64,000 nt of DNA from Naegleria gruberi (taxonomy: Eukaryota), in assembly GCA_000004985.1 (NCBI GenBank), contig GG738925.1. One strand, given 5' to 3'. The notes under the pieces are model-generated. The model saw only the letters and a program-made list of their open reading frames with translations, was not told where the DNA came from and made no database searches. Numbering within the stretch: the first letter of the stretch is position 1; every line of letters starts with the position of its first letter. Shown in pieces: positions 32,255-43,706 of the stretch. The position numbers and the translations under genes were made by a program.

Positions 32255-33175
32255 ATGCAAGACTTTGATGCACAAAAATTTGCTAAACAAATAACACAAT
32301 ATATGAATAATAGAGGAAGTGGTGGAAGTGGAGGTAGAGCTTCAAAAGGATTCGGATTACTTGCATCAGGATTGGCCCTCATGGGTATTGCTGGTTTTTC
32401 TCTTTATAATTCAGTATTTGTTGTTGAAGGAGGTTTTAAAGCAATTAAATTTAATAGATTTACAGGAGTTGGTGATAGAGTTTATGGAGAAGGTTATCAC
32501 TTACTTATTCCTGGTATTGAAAGACCAATTATTTATGATCAAAGAGCAACACCAAAGGTTATTTCTTCAAATACTGGTTCTAAAGATTTGCAAACAGTCA
32601 ATTTGAGTATTCGTGTTCTTTTTAAACCTGATGTTAATAGATTGGATCAAATATATAGAAGTTTGGGAATGAATTATTCTGATAGAGTTATGCCAAGTAT
32701 TGTCACTGAAGTTTTAAAGAGTGTTGTAGCTCAATTTACTGCTGCTGAATTGCTTACAAAACGTCCAGATGTCAGTGCCAGAATTAGAGATTCATTAGTT
32801 GCTCGTGCCAGAGATTTCAATATTATCATTGATGATGTTGCTATTACTCATTTAAGATTTGGTGATGAATACAGTGCTGCTGTTGAAAGAAAACAAGTTG
32901 CTCAACAAGAAGCTGAACGTGCCAAGTTTATTGTTGAAAAGGCAAAGGAAGAAAAGAAATCAATGGTTTTGAAAGCTGAAGGTGAAAGTGAAGCTATTAG
33001 ATTGGTTGGTGATGCTACCAAAAACAATACTGCCTTCTTGGATTTGAGAAAAATTGAAGCTGCTCAACAAATTGCTGACACAATTAGTCAATCACAAAAC
33101 AGAATTTTCCTCTCATCTGACACTTTGCTCTTGAACTTGCAAAGTTTGGCTCAAACAACCAACATTGATAAATAA
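32255..33175 (+). CDS. prohibitin (PHB2-like, SPFH/band-7 domain)
   Basis: Strong family match across the whole ORF: FNRFTGVGDRVYGEGYHLLIPGIERPIIYD...TAAELLTKRPDVSARIRDSLVARARDFNIIIDDVAITHLRFGDEYSAAVERKQVAQQEAERAKFIVEKA. Confidence 0.9.
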   Translation: MQDFDAQKFAKQITQYMNNRGSGGSGGRASKGFGLLASGLALMGIAGFSLYNSVFVVEGGFKAIKFNRFTGVGDRVYGEGYHLLIPGIERPIIYDQRATPKVISSNTGSKDLQTVNLSIRVLFKPDVNRLDQIYRSLGMNYSDRVMPSIVTEVLKSVVAQFTAAELLTKRPDVSARIRDSLVARARDFNIIIDDVAITHLRFGDEYSAAVERKQVAQQEAERAKFIVEKAKEEKKSMVLKAEGESEAIRLVGDATKNNTAFLDLRKIEAAQQIADTISQSQNRIFLSSDTLLLNLQSLAQTTNIDK

Positions 33176-33427
33176 ATTATTTCATTGACTCTCACTATTA
33201 AATCTTAATCCATTCAATCTATATACGATAGAATCCCTTAATTAGAGATGGAATTGCATTGGAGATTAAACTTTTAATCTTCGATCGCAGTAAAATGGCT
33301 AGTCCGCCAAAATCGGACAGGAACTTGCTTTTATTTTAAAATAAAAAAAAATTATCATCACAAGATTATAAATTGATTCCAATTTCATCATCTAACTAAA
33401 TTCATAGTAAAATAATAATTAAATAGG

Positions 33428-34432
33428 ATGGTTGAATTTGCCACTCATACACCAGAAGCAGCGCTTCTCCATTTTTTGGAACCTTTTGATCGTGTATTAT
33501 TCTCATGGTTGGAAAATTATGTTGATAATTTGGAGTTTGTGAAGGCTAATTTTCACTATTGCTACATGCATAATTATCCAAACGGAATTGTTGATGATGT
33601 TAATCATGGAAGACAACCATTCCCATTCCTTGTTGCTGGATTGTCATTATTCTCTTGTTTCCTTCTCTTTGTTTTATCTAAAGTGTTATCTCCACTCCTT
33701 TTTAAAGCCTACAGAAATTTAAGAGATGATTCCGATAGAGAAAAGTGGAATGTTAAATTTGTTAGTGCTCTTCATGCAGCATTTGTTTTCCAAGGAGCTT
33801 TTCGTTGTTTATTATATGGAGGAGGTTTATTCTTTAATTCTGATCCCATCGATGATGGTTTGGTTGGTTTCCAAAAATTTTCTTGTGGATATTATACTGA
33901 TTTGAGTAGATTTTACATGGCAATTACTTTTGGATATATGTTTTATGATTTCTGGGTTTGTATTAGAGCTTACGGATTAACATTGGAAGGTATTTTCCCA
34001 TCTCTTGTGATTCACCATTTCAATATTATCATTTCCTTCTTGTTGGCTCTCAAACTTGGAATGGGTCACTATTATTCTTTAAGTTTCATGACTAATGAAA
34101 TCAGTCAACCATTCTTGCATTTGAGTTGGTTCTTAATTAAGAGTAAGGTTCCACAATTGCATCCTGTTTCAATTGTGAATGGTTTAATGTTGGTTCTCAC
34201 ATTCCTGGGAAGTAGATTCTTCTTTAATGCTTACATTTTCTATCACTTTATTGAAAAGACTTTTTCATTCCAACTTACTAACTGTTTGGGAATTGGTACA
34301 TGGACTTGTTTGATCCATGTTGCTTGTAACTGGGATTGGTGTTGGTTGATGGTTAAGCAAATTAAGGGAATGATTGGAAAGAAGAAGGCACCACCAGCCA
34401 AAACTGAAGACGCAAAGGTTAAATCCGAATAA
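33428..34432 (+). CDS. TLC-domain (TRAM/LAG1/CLN8) multi-pass membrane protein
   Basis: Multiple TM helices and the TLC core HHFNIIISFLLALKLGMGHYYSLSFMTNEISQPFLHLSWFL. The C-terminus is basic. Confidence 0.7.
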   Translation: MVEFATHTPEAALLHFLEPFDRVLFSWLENYVDNLEFVKANFHYCYMHNYPNGIVDDVNHGRQPFPFLVAGLSLFSCFLLFVLSKVLSPLLFKAYRNLRDDSDREKWNVKFVSALHAAFVFQGAFRCLLYGGGLFFNSDPIDDGLVGFQKFSCGYYTDLSRFYMAITFGYMFYDFWVCIRAYGLTLEGIFPSLVIHHFNIIISFLLALKLGMGHYYSLSFMTNEISQPFLHLSWFLIKSKVPQLHPVSIVNGLMLVLTFLGSRFFFNAYIFYHFIEKTFSFQLTNCLGIGTWTCLIHVACNWDWCWLMVKQIKGMIGKKKAPPAKTEDAKVKSE

Positions 34433-34492
34433 ATTTATGGCCATCTAAGTAAACAATCTTTTATTGCAGGGAGAATCAGTAATTTTCACTCA

Positions 34493-37400
34493 CTACTCGT
34501 TTAGTATTCTGTAGGAGAGCTTTGGGAAGAGAACAGTTTCCAAAAACCATGAGCTCAAAACAATTTCAATGAAAAGAATGGAGAAGAGAGAGAATGAAAG
34601 TAGAATGAGGGTTCCACACAGCAACGTTCCTACCATACCAAAGATGTCTGAACCTCTGATAACTACCGATTTGAATTCACTCCTAGGGCACAAAATAACA
34701 GCATTATTAATACCTTTGGAAGGTTTGTCAAGGATTGGAATAACAAAGAAAGGTTTTGGAGCAGGAGTGATACGTTTGTTAGATTGTTGCACTTGTGAAA
34801 TGTCATAATAATTTGAGGAAATGAAACATTTTGTTGAGGCGGATCCTAAGGCATAAAGACCATACTTATCAAATTCAGCTGAATATTCTGATGTTTGAGG
34901 ATAATAATTGTTTTGATTGAATTGATAGATAACATCACCTGCCTGTGAGCAACAAACCAAGTGATCACTATAACTCAATGCCAACACAAGGAAAGTTACA
35001 ACCGATACAACAGCAATAAAGAGTAAAATTAGAGCTGGTATAAGAATTTGAAGTTGTCTTGCTCTTCTACTCTTGGTTCTGGATCCAAACAAGCTGAACC
35101 AAAATGTAAGTCCAAAACAAAATGGATCATTGTCTCGAAGTGTTTCAAATGTTGTGAGTTTCCTCTTCTTAATCTTTTCATAAAACTTGCAAGAAAATCC
35201 AATCATTAGAATGATGGCAACAAAACAAACCAAAGCAGTTATTGAAATAAGAGCATAGGTAGTAAATGGAAGGAATGTAAGCTCATTTGAAATTTTACCA
35301 TCAGCCACAATAAAAGATATAATTTCGTGATGATAACTCTCATCTTGATTCCACACAGCCAAATACAAAGAGCTATTGACTGACTTTTGGTTTGCTGCCA
35401 ATCCTGAAATATTGTTATAAGAAGAATAGTTATGAATAGAATTCAATGGGAATGTTAAGGAGTATTTGATCATAAAGAGTGAGGCAGACTCTGTGGCTGA
35501 TTTAGAGTATTTGTATACTTCCTTTTCTAATTTTGAATCTTTTGGTAGTATTTCATCAACATTCTCCACAGATAATTTTTCGAAAGCACATGTCAAAGAG
35601 AGATGGTCAAAGTTTGTTAAATTAGTTATATCCCAAAAGGTAAGTTCAATACGGAAGTTAGTTGTGGCCAAGTAATCATTTGGATTCAAAGTTGTTTCCT
35701 TAATTAAGCCTTCATTTTCTGCGGCTTTTTCACTAAAGTTCTTATAAAAAGCTCTCAAAATTTCATCAAGGTCAAAAGAGAAAAAGAATGGAATTCCTCT
35801 CTTTCTCTTTTTGGTTGAGCTTAAGGACTTGGAGATTTGTAATATTGAATCAGTAGTACCATTAACTCCTGTAGAATTATCGTTACCAACTAGCAAAACC
35901 GGATTTAATCCATCATAACGTTTGGTTAGACTAACTACTGATGGGAAGGAGTTATATGAAACAACTGTGAGATCAATGTATGTTGAATTACATGTATTCC
36001 TGGTATTATTCCCTTCATAAATCGACTGATAAATAATTCTATCCAATGAACTAGTATAATAGTTATATTGAGGTACAGTGATAAGTAGATTGGAAAATGC
36101 ATCGGCAACCAAATTACCTTCCTCAATGAAATTAATAGCTGTTTCATTGTATCCTACTATATTTGGAATAACATAAGGTTCCCTTCTATAAATTATGTGA
36201 GTTCCTCCATTATTCGTGCTGGCTACATAATTCAATGTAAGAAGCATGTCTGTATAGAATGTTGAATTGGGAAAATTGAAGGAATTGTCAAAGGATGTAT
36301 CGTAGTCATCAGTATAGGGAGCTTCTCCAACTTTTGAATAAAATAATAATGGATTATCTGAGGTGTTTCTAATCAAAACTACAGAAGTATGGATGACATG
36401 ATATGGAAGAATATAATCTGAGCTTGATATTTTGGCTCCTGTGCTCAATAAATCAAAATCAGAAGAGTACATCTTTGAATTCAAGGTGTCAGTGTAGATT
36501 TGAGGGGTATCTATCCAGAAATCAACTTTGACACTTGATGTATATTCTACATCATCTTTTTCAACTTTGTAAATAAATCCAAAATACCACTCATACTCAT
36601 ATATTGTGTTGACAAGCTCAATATGGCCACTAATCTCATAACAGTCTCCTGTTTGCTTGAAATCATAGAGCTGGGTACTTGGAAATAAGCTCTTTCTAAT
36701 ATATACTTCCATGGAAGTAATTGGGACATGGTCGAGTAATTTAAAGGAGTATCTTAAAAGATTGCCCAAAAATTTTGTACTATTGGAAGCTCTTTCAATT
36801 TTGAGTTTTGTTGAATAATGAATAGTGTTTGGCTCCTTCTTAACATATGTGACTGAATACTGTGTATTTCCATAACTTAAGAGAATTCTTTCATCATCAG
36901 TCAAATAGGATCTGACCTTGTAGTAACACTTAAATGGACAAGCCTTTCCGTAGACAGCTATGTAGTAAGCTTGTTTTGTGTTCGACACATCCTTGTACAA
37001 CCAAGCATTCTTCTTTTCTGTATCCAATTTAAAGGATGTAGGAAGTGTAAAATAGGATGAAGATGGTAATTTTGTCATTTGCCAATCATAAGGATAATTT
37101 GGTGTTTGAGAAGAGCTACTTTGGGCAGATGAAATCAAAATGTTGACAGAGTTTGCGTAAATGTCTGTAGTTTCAAATAAAACATTCAGAATGGCACTAT
37201 CAGAATATGAAGTAACGTAATAATAACGCCATTGATAGAGCTGCAAATCTGAATCCACAATTTGGTCACTGTTAATGGCAGTGTTAATCATATTGGTAAT
37301 CTTTGAATATACTGTGTAGGATATACTATCACTTGTCTGGGAAAAGGAGGTAAACACAATTGAGAATGTGTTAGATATACTCGATTCAAATTTAGAGGAG

Positions 37401-38956
37401 AAATATGGGATTGAAAGAGTATATTGGTATTGAGCTGAAACTACAATCAACTCCTCAGGTAATACCTTTCTACTATATAAATCTTGACCATTGTTTGATA
37501 TCTTGATATTAAATCCTATCTTGTCTGAAAATAGATAGTTTATCATTACTATAGGATTTGAAAAAGTATCTACATCAGATGGTGATATTGTTATTTTGAA
37601 CTTGTAACTATCTAGAGAGTAGTGGGATATTCTATCGGCAAGATTAGAACCAAGTGTTAATACTCTAGTAATAGCATTTGAAAAAATATTTAGAGAAACT
37701 GATCCAGATAATGAAGTAGAAGTATCAATAGACTGAGAAGCAGTGTGAGGGCTCAGTGAATAACTCAAAGTTGTTGAGGAAACAGTGGTATTATCAATTG
37801 TGAAATACATCCTCAAGTAAAGGTAACTCAAATATGAAGGAGAAACAGTAACATTAATAGTTCTATTATTATTATCGTCGTAATAAGAATCTATTATAAT
37901 ATTATCAAATGTGCATGAATAAACTAAATTGCTTTTAATGCAATAAGTAGGATAAACAGGACATTTTAAAAACCCATTGTTATATGTACATGAGCTATTT
38001 GACAAAAATGTATATTCATAAGGAAATATAATTGAAAGATTTTGTAATGTCAAATGAGATAATGAAGAAAATTGAAAATTAAAAGTAAAACTAGACGTAG
38101 AATCTGGTCCATTATTTGCTACTAGTAAATCAAAGAAATATATATCCTTTGTGGCAAGTGTTACATCAATATTCCAATTACTACCATTTCTTGAAGATAT
38201 GGCATAATTTGTTATATTTACATTATTACTAACATAACAGTAATTCAATAATATTTCTGTTATACAAATATTACCTCCAGCACTAATGTAATTTGGTTTA
38301 AATATTGTTGTTGATGATTTTGTAAGTTGATTCAAAATATCATACTTTCTCGATAAAAATGAAAATTGTGAACATCCTCCACAAGAACATCCTCCTGATA
38401 CAACGTTTGTGTCTGTCATATCGTAATTATTCAAACTAATTGTCATATTTCCAGTTTGGGAAACATCATTCAGTTTGCATTTATCATACTGATAATAAAC
38501 TACTCCATGCATGGAATAAAGCTTATTTGATGATTGAATTGGATTTGAAAATGTAATTTCTCCATCATTCCAATTATTGCTGCCTGAACATGTGTATAAA
38601 CTTTGATCACAAATCTTACAAGTTGATGGAAGTGCATTTGTATTAGAGTATGAAAGAAGAACGTAATATTGAGAAAATCCATTTGGGCATCTATATGTAC
38701 TACCTTCAACACCATATGGGAATATAACACCACAAAGAAGGAAAATCAAACAAATCATAATACAATTTTTTAAATCCAATTTAGACTTTTTAAATATTTC
38801 CACACCATCAAAAAGAAATTCTGTAATATAATCAAACTCTCGCACCACTAAACTATTGTCAAATAATAATAAATGTTTGTTTTGAAGTCGGTGCTCCATT
38901 TCCGTTCGTTTTGTTAATGGTTGTAGTTGTGAGGCAACAACACCATTCTCATGCAT
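34493..38956 (-). CDS. giant (1487 aa) surface glycoprotein: N-terminal signal-anchor, ~1150-aa N/S/T/Y-rich ectodomain with an N-terminal Cys cluster, C-terminal ~4-TM region
   Basis: Single uninterrupted ORF with aaaaaaaaATG start. Hydrophobic segments at ~aa 60-80, ~1195-1217, ~1300-1325 and ~1440-1470. Dozens of N-x-S/T sites. No recognised catalytic domain. Confidence 0.65.
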   Translation of the reverse strand: MHENGVVASQLQPLTKRTEMEHRLQNKHLLLFDNSLVVREFDYITEFLFDGVEIFKKSKLDLKNCIMICLIFLLCGVIFPYGVEGSTYRCPNGFSQYYVLLSYSNTNALPSTCKICDQSLYTCSGSNNWNDGEITFSNPIQSSNKLYSMHGVVYYQYDKCKLNDVSQTGNMTISLNNYDMTDTNVVSGGCSCGGCSQFSFLSRKYDILNQLTKSSTTIFKPNYISAGGNICITEILLNYCYVSNNVNITNYAISSRNGSNWNIDVTLATKDIYFFDLLVANNGPDSTSSFTFNFQFSSLSHLTLQNLSIIFPYEYTFLSNSSCTYNNGFLKCPVYPTYCIKSNLVYSCTFDNIIIDSYYDDNNNRTINVTVSPSYLSYLYLRMYFTIDNTTVSSTTLSYSLSPHTASQSIDTSTSLSGSVSLNIFSNAITRVLTLGSNLADRISHYSLDSYKFKITISPSDVDTFSNPIVMINYLFSDKIGFNIKISNNGQDLYSRKVLPEELIVVSAQYQYTLSIPYFSSKFESSISNTFSIVFTSFSQTSDSISYTVYSKITNMINTAINSDQIVDSDLQLYQWRYYYVTSYSDSAILNVLFETTDIYANSVNILISSAQSSSSQTPNYPYDWQMTKLPSSSYFTLPTSFKLDTEKKNAWLYKDVSNTKQAYYIAVYGKACPFKCYYKVRSYLTDDERILLSYGNTQYSVTYVKKEPNTIHYSTKLKIERASNSTKFLGNLLRYSFKLLDHVPITSMEVYIRKSLFPSTQLYDFKQTGDCYEISGHIELVNTIYEYEWYFGFIYKVEKDDVEYTSSVKVDFWIDTPQIYTDTLNSKMYSSDFDLLSTGAKISSSDYILPYHVIHTSVVLIRNTSDNPLLFYSKVGEAPYTDDYDTSFDNSFNFPNSTFYTDMLLTLNYVASTNNGGTHIIYRREPYVIPNIVGYNETAINFIEEGNLVADAFSNLLITVPQYNYYTSSLDRIIYQSIYEGNNTRNTCNSTYIDLTVVSYNSFPSVVSLTKRYDGLNPVLLVGNDNSTGVNGTTDSILQISKSLSSTKKRKRGIPFFFSFDLDEILRAFYKNFSEKAAENEGLIKETTLNPNDYLATTNFRIELTFWDITNLTNFDHLSLTCAFEKLSVENVDEILPKDSKLEKEVYKYSKSATESASLFMIKYSLTFPLNSIHNYSSYNNISGLAANQKSVNSSLYLAVWNQDESYHHEIISFIVADGKISNELTFLPFTTYALISITALVCFVAIILMIGFSCKFYEKIKKRKLTTFETLRDNDPFCFGLTFWFSLFGSRTKSRRARQLQILIPALILLFIAVVSVVTFLVLALSYSDHLVCCSQAGDVIYQFNQNNYYPQTSEYSAEFDKYGLYALGSASTKCFISSNYYDISQVQQSNKRITPAPKPFFVIPILDKPSKGINNAVILCPRSEFKSVVIRGSDIFGMVGTLLCGTLILLSFSLFSILFIEIVLSSWFLETVLFPKLSYRILNE

Positions 38957-39196
38957 TTTTTTTTATTGTAGCAGCAAGGCTTGTTTTTAGTCCTACAGAA
39001 TTGGAGCGAGGGTGATACGAACATCGTACAAAGGAGTCGTTGTTAGAAGTGAGTTCGGGGGAGAGAATTGTTTTCTAATTATTAATAGTCTATCTCTCAA
39101 ATGTAAGATATGAACAATTTGATAAGGGTTTTTTATTTGTAATAATTTTATTCAATACCAAGATATTTTCATTTTACAATTTAAATATTTAAAAAA

Positions 39197-39385
39197 ATGG
39201 AAGGATGTTGTGGAGGTGGAATATTTAAAGAAGATATTATTTTAAAGATGAAACAATTTGCTGCCTCGTCATCGGGATCGGAAAGTATGAGCATTATGGA
39301 TATGATGCATTTTGTAGCATCTGTTATTTTCCCAGTTCTATTATTTGTGTTTTGTTTGTACATTGTTTTAAAGAGAAAAGATTAA
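39197..39385 (+). CDS. possible small tail-anchored membrane protein (62 aa)
   Basis: aaaaaaATGG start, C-terminal TM VASVIFPVLLFVFCLYIVL. It sits in the gap between two minus-strand genes. A small ORF could be spurious. Confidence 0.3.
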   Translation: MEGCCGGGIFKEDIILKMKQFAASSSGSESMSIMDMMHFVASVIFPVLLFVFCLYIVLKRKD

Positions 39386-42151
39386 TTGGCCTTCTCAACA
39401 TCTTCTTGGATTCTTTTGTAGGCATTCATCCACTTAATTTCAGCAAATATATATCCAATTGTTTTGCTTGAAAGACCTAACCCTGCCCTAGTCAAGTTGG
39501 TGATGAGTGTGAGAGTACTACTATTGTGTGGATTATTAGCTTCTTTAACTTCCGATTCCTTGAATCTCTTTTTCCAAATATCCTTATTTGAGTTTGGATC
39601 AATTTCTAGCATAAATGGAACAAATTCTTCTAATTGTAGTCTATCTTTCTCGAATTTAACGAGAACTTTACTTTCTCCCATTTCTGTCCAATATTCTGTT
39701 ACATCTCTGAATGCAATAATGAAGAAAGTGTTCAATTTGGAAAGGAAATATTGATTGCTCTCAAAACAAACAGGATCGGCCATAATAATGTCATTAATAA
39801 GAGTTTCTCTTTCTTCTGTTGGAACTTCTTGATAGATAGATCCTAAAATTTCAATAACAGCTTCTCTCTTCAGAGGTGATTTGGAGTCCTTAGCATAATT
39901 GTTCCATTTTGCTCTTAATGCATGTAAGGCAAGTGAAACACTTGCACCGAATGCTGGATCATTAAGACCCTCCATAGATTTACAAAATTCCAGAATATCC
40001 TTAGCATTGTTAGTAAACTTGTTTGAATGGAATTAAATACTTACAGCGTACTTGGCTCTAAACTCTTCGCAAGCAGTCAAAAACTCAAAGCTGACCTTAT
40101 GTACAATCTCAGGTAATACAAACAATTGATCCAAAACATCATACAGCAGATAATCAATGCTTTTTACCTCCTTTTGAGGCTGTCTATAATCTTTGTAGTG
40201 TTGTACATATGTATCTAAAATAATCTCTCTCACTTCCTTTAAGGTCATCTTTCTTGTTGTCACATCTGTAATAATCTTATTTCCATATCTCGATTTATAA
40301 ACATCCCATATTTTGCTCATTGCTTGAGTATTTGGTGAAATACCAATTCTGCTTAGGGTTGGTTTGAGGAAAGTGAACTTCTCATCTTCTTCAAGAGGGT
40401 CTACAACTTCACATTCAAGAGGAAGAATAGGATCGAAATTAGGATTGTTAATGGCGTCCTGCATATTTGGATGGTTTTTGTAATAATGCAATTGAGAGTG
40501 AATAAGTTTCATATGAGTAACACCATGGGGTACTTCAACCACTTCTGGAGTGTACTGAGGTGTGATTGTTGAACGATGAGCAAGTTTGAATTTACCATCA
40601 CTTTTAGAAAAGAATACTTCTATTGAAGATCTCAAACTCAAAGCATCCAGGCCCATCATTGGTGAAGTTGTATCATTACTCACACAAAATGCAAGTTTTG
40701 GCTTTTTCTTTTGTTGATCTTCGGCTTTTGTTTTGATTCTAAGAGTGTTTTCGTCCAACTTATTCACTTTTTCGTGAATTATCATCATTTCATTATTCAG
40801 TAACTGAGCATCAGAAACAAATTCTGTCTTTATGGTCGATTTCTGTAAAATGGATTAGTTAGAATGGCCACACATTTCAACTTACATCTACTTGCTTAGC
40901 TTGATGGATTTCAAATGAGTAGTCTTCAATCCTTCTATTTTCAAGCATTTCCAATTGCTCGTGTAACTTTGTGAGTACTGATAGATCTTCTTGTATATCA
41001 TGCATATCTTTCTTATCTTTCATCTGGAAACGTTTCATTACAAAGTATCTCTTCTTCTTTGTTTCGTTGTCTTCCTTATAGGATCTTAAAAACTTAATTT
41101 CAGTTCTTAATTTAGTATTGTTCTTTTCAGTTTCGTCGAGTTTTGCTCTTAATTCCTTATAGGATTGCTCAGTACTCTTTTTAAGATTTGAACACTCCTC
41201 TTTCAGTTTCTCATGAGCTGCAGTAAGCTTTTTTAATTCTTCTCTACAGTCGCTGTGTACTCGTTTTTCATTAGACAATTCTTTTACAAGCTTTCCCTTT
41301 TCAAGCTCACTCTCTGAAATGAGTTCATAATCTGCTGCAGCTTTTTTCATTTCATCCAGCAGTCCAATATCTCTGTCGTTCACTACTAACGAATAAAAAG
41401 GTACTTTAAATCTATCATCCACCTCTGATTTAACAAATAGACATTCCTCAAATACTCTTCTTATGGAAGAAAATATATAAGCTTCACCTCCAATAGAATT
41501 ATTTTCCAATTCTTTCAATATTGAAAGACAGTAGTCTATTAAGGTTACACTTTTAAATCTATCTCTCGAATCCTCTGCTTTATCAATTAATTCCTTCAGT
41601 CCTACTTCCATCAGAATCAGAGATGATCTCCACTTTTTCATATTCCCAGCTACTAATAACTCTGCATCTTCATTTAATGTTGCTTTTGCATATTTTGGAT
41701 TTCTATCGGAATGGAGTGAACCATATCTTGGTCTTGCCTTCAGAGAAACATATTTATCCCTAAAAACATTCTTTTTAACAAGAGAATTTGTTGATGAAAT
41801 ATCGTGATCATCCGATATTGGGTGATCCACAAAATTTAAAGCAGAAATGGCTTTCCTTCCATACATTATTGATGAAACTTTGATGATCAAAAGTTTGGAT
41901 GAAAATTTTCGTAGTTTTTTTTGGAGGGAGTATTTATACTCTTTTAGTGTGTTGCCAGCGGACAGAGAGTCAGTTTTCCAGTAAAGTACAACCTTAAGAA
42001 CGGCATTAATTAACTTCGTTAAGTTAGTTAACTTGACTGTTAATACTAATATCAAAAATTTGTTATCATCATAATTAAACTCAACACGACATTGATTTCG
42101 TCCTTCTCGAAACTCTTCATTACAAATTACCACAAAAAAACACCAACACAC
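39382..42151 (-). CDS. large coiled-coil protein (hypothetical). Exons: complement(join(39382..39999,40045..40842,40886..42151)); start likely near 41866.
   Basis: Three ORF-track pieces join in frame through 43-nt (GTAAGT...TTTTACAG) and 45-nt (GTAAGT...TTTACTAACAATGCTAAG, TACTAAC branch) introns. There is a central coiled coil (ELEKGKLVKELSNEKRV...). The first ATG in the 5' ORF is MYGRKAIS. Confidence 0.55.
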
Positions 42152-42287
42152 TCATCATAAGGGCTCATTTTTGCGATTCAACAGATTGCTTCGTCATCAT
42201 AAAGGTAGCCTTTTTTATCATCATTAGTGATTATTATTATCATTTGTAATAATAATTAAATTATATATTTATTTAAATATCTAGGAA

Positions 42288-43400
42288 ATGCCAGTAGAAG
42301 AAAAGAAAAAGAAGGCTAAAAAAGCAAGTAAAGCTAGCAATAAGTCAACCGATCAAACAATATCAACACCAACAAATGGTTGCTATGTTTGCCATAAAAC
42401 AAATGAAGGAACAGACAAACAAACAATGCTGACTTGTAAAACTTGTGGATTAAAAGTTCACGCTGGGTGCTATGAAAATACACACTTCTCTCTAAAGTAT
42501 GCCGATTCTTGGGAATGTGTGGATTGTAAAAAGTGTGAGGTCTGTAAAGATGCTAATTATAGAGAAGGAAATGAAATATTAATGTGTAACAGATGTGATA
42601 AGGGATACCATCAACTTTGTTGTTCAGAGAAATTCCGAACAGTGCCTGAAGGTGATAAACCATGGTTTTGTGAGTCTTGTGTAGATTATTTGAAGGAAAA
42701 GAAGCAAAAAAAGAAGAGGAAAGTTGAAAAACCTGTCACTAAATCAGAGTCAGCAGAATCATTGTTCAAGTTAAAACCTGGTAAGCATCAAAAGGTTGAG
42801 GATAAGCAAGCTCCAATAGCAACAACAACACCATCATCTAACGAAACAACCTCAACAATTAAATCATCAACTCCTCCACCACCACCATCATCATCAGTAT
42901 CATCAACAAATGGAAGTACAAATGATAAGGAACCAGTCTTGGAATCAAATGGTCACAAAAAAGAACAACACGCTCAAACAGAAGTAGCTAAGGAAAATAT
43001 TAACATTTTCATCATTTACAAAACTCAACAATCTACTCTCTATTCATGCTCTTTCCCATTTCCTTCACTCGATGGTCCAACATCTCAAAATCGCTCATTG
43101 TGGTCTGACAAGTACTTTAAGCAATTATGTACTGTGATCTTCAATCGATTGTCAAACAAAATGAAGGACCTGATAGAAGATAAATGTGTCAATGCAGAAA
43201 TCAAGAAAATGGTCAAGGAAAATACATTTATCATTGATCGTGTTGCATTAAAAGAAAAGGACAGATTTGGTGGAGACATTTTGGTTGATTTGGATAGAAT
43301 TTACTTTGAAGATTATGAGTTACGTAGTGGAGACACATTGGTTGTGGATTTGTCAATCGAAACAAAAAGCAATGGTCAAACTATTAGATGGAGCCAATAA
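42288..43400 (+). CDS. PHD-finger (tandem Cys4-His-Cys3 zinc finger) protein
   Basis: CYVCHK...CKTCGLKVHAGCY...WECVDCKKCEVCKD...LMCNRCDKGYHQLCC...WFCESC gives two PHD-type fingers. Basic, S/T-rich linker. Confidence 0.7.
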   Translation: MPVEEKKKKAKKASKASNKSTDQTISTPTNGCYVCHKTNEGTDKQTMLTCKTCGLKVHAGCYENTHFSLKYADSWECVDCKKCEVCKDANYREGNEILMCNRCDKGYHQLCCSEKFRTVPEGDKPWFCESCVDYLKEKKQKKKRKVEKPVTKSESAESLFKLKPGKHQKVEDKQAPIATTTPSSNETTSTIKSSTPPPPPSSSVSSTNGSTNDKEPVLESNGHKKEQHAQTEVAKENINIFIIYKTQQSTLYSCSFPFPSLDGPTSQNRSLWSDKYFKQLCTVIFNRLSNKMKDLIEDKCVNAEIKKMVKENTFIIDRVALKEKDRFGGDILVDLDRIYFEDYELRSGDTLVVDLSIETKSNGQTIRWSQ

Positions 43401-43706
43401 AAGGAGGTTCTGTCTATTCTAGTGATTTTAAATTCTAAACTGATATTTCAAAAGGAGCAGTTTAAGGAACTGTTATTCAACACAATAACCGTGCCGTAAT
43501 AATATTATATCGCTCACTTTCATTATATATTGGAAAATGTTCTCACATAGAGTAGATGAGAGTAATTACAAACACAACATGTCCAACCTCATATATAAAT
43601 TGTTATCTGAGATGATAATATCATTCCATGATGAGGAGAGGAGTTTGCCTTCCAAGTAACGTTGCAAACTTTGAAATTATAAAAAAACATTTAAAGCCTT
43701 ATTAAA

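Noticed and set aside
40018-40044. 27-nt candidate intron (acceptor CAAACAAG) in the coiled-coil gene
   Set aside because: A 45-nt alternative ending …TTTACTAACAATGCTAAG is in phase, has a TACTAAC branch site, and matches the local intron size distribution.
43580-43660. C/D-box snoRNA-like 'ctgagatga…atgatgaggagagg' in the intergenic region upstream of the SNARE gene
   Set aside because: Box order and spacing do not fit a C…D arrangement, and no terminal stem is apparent.
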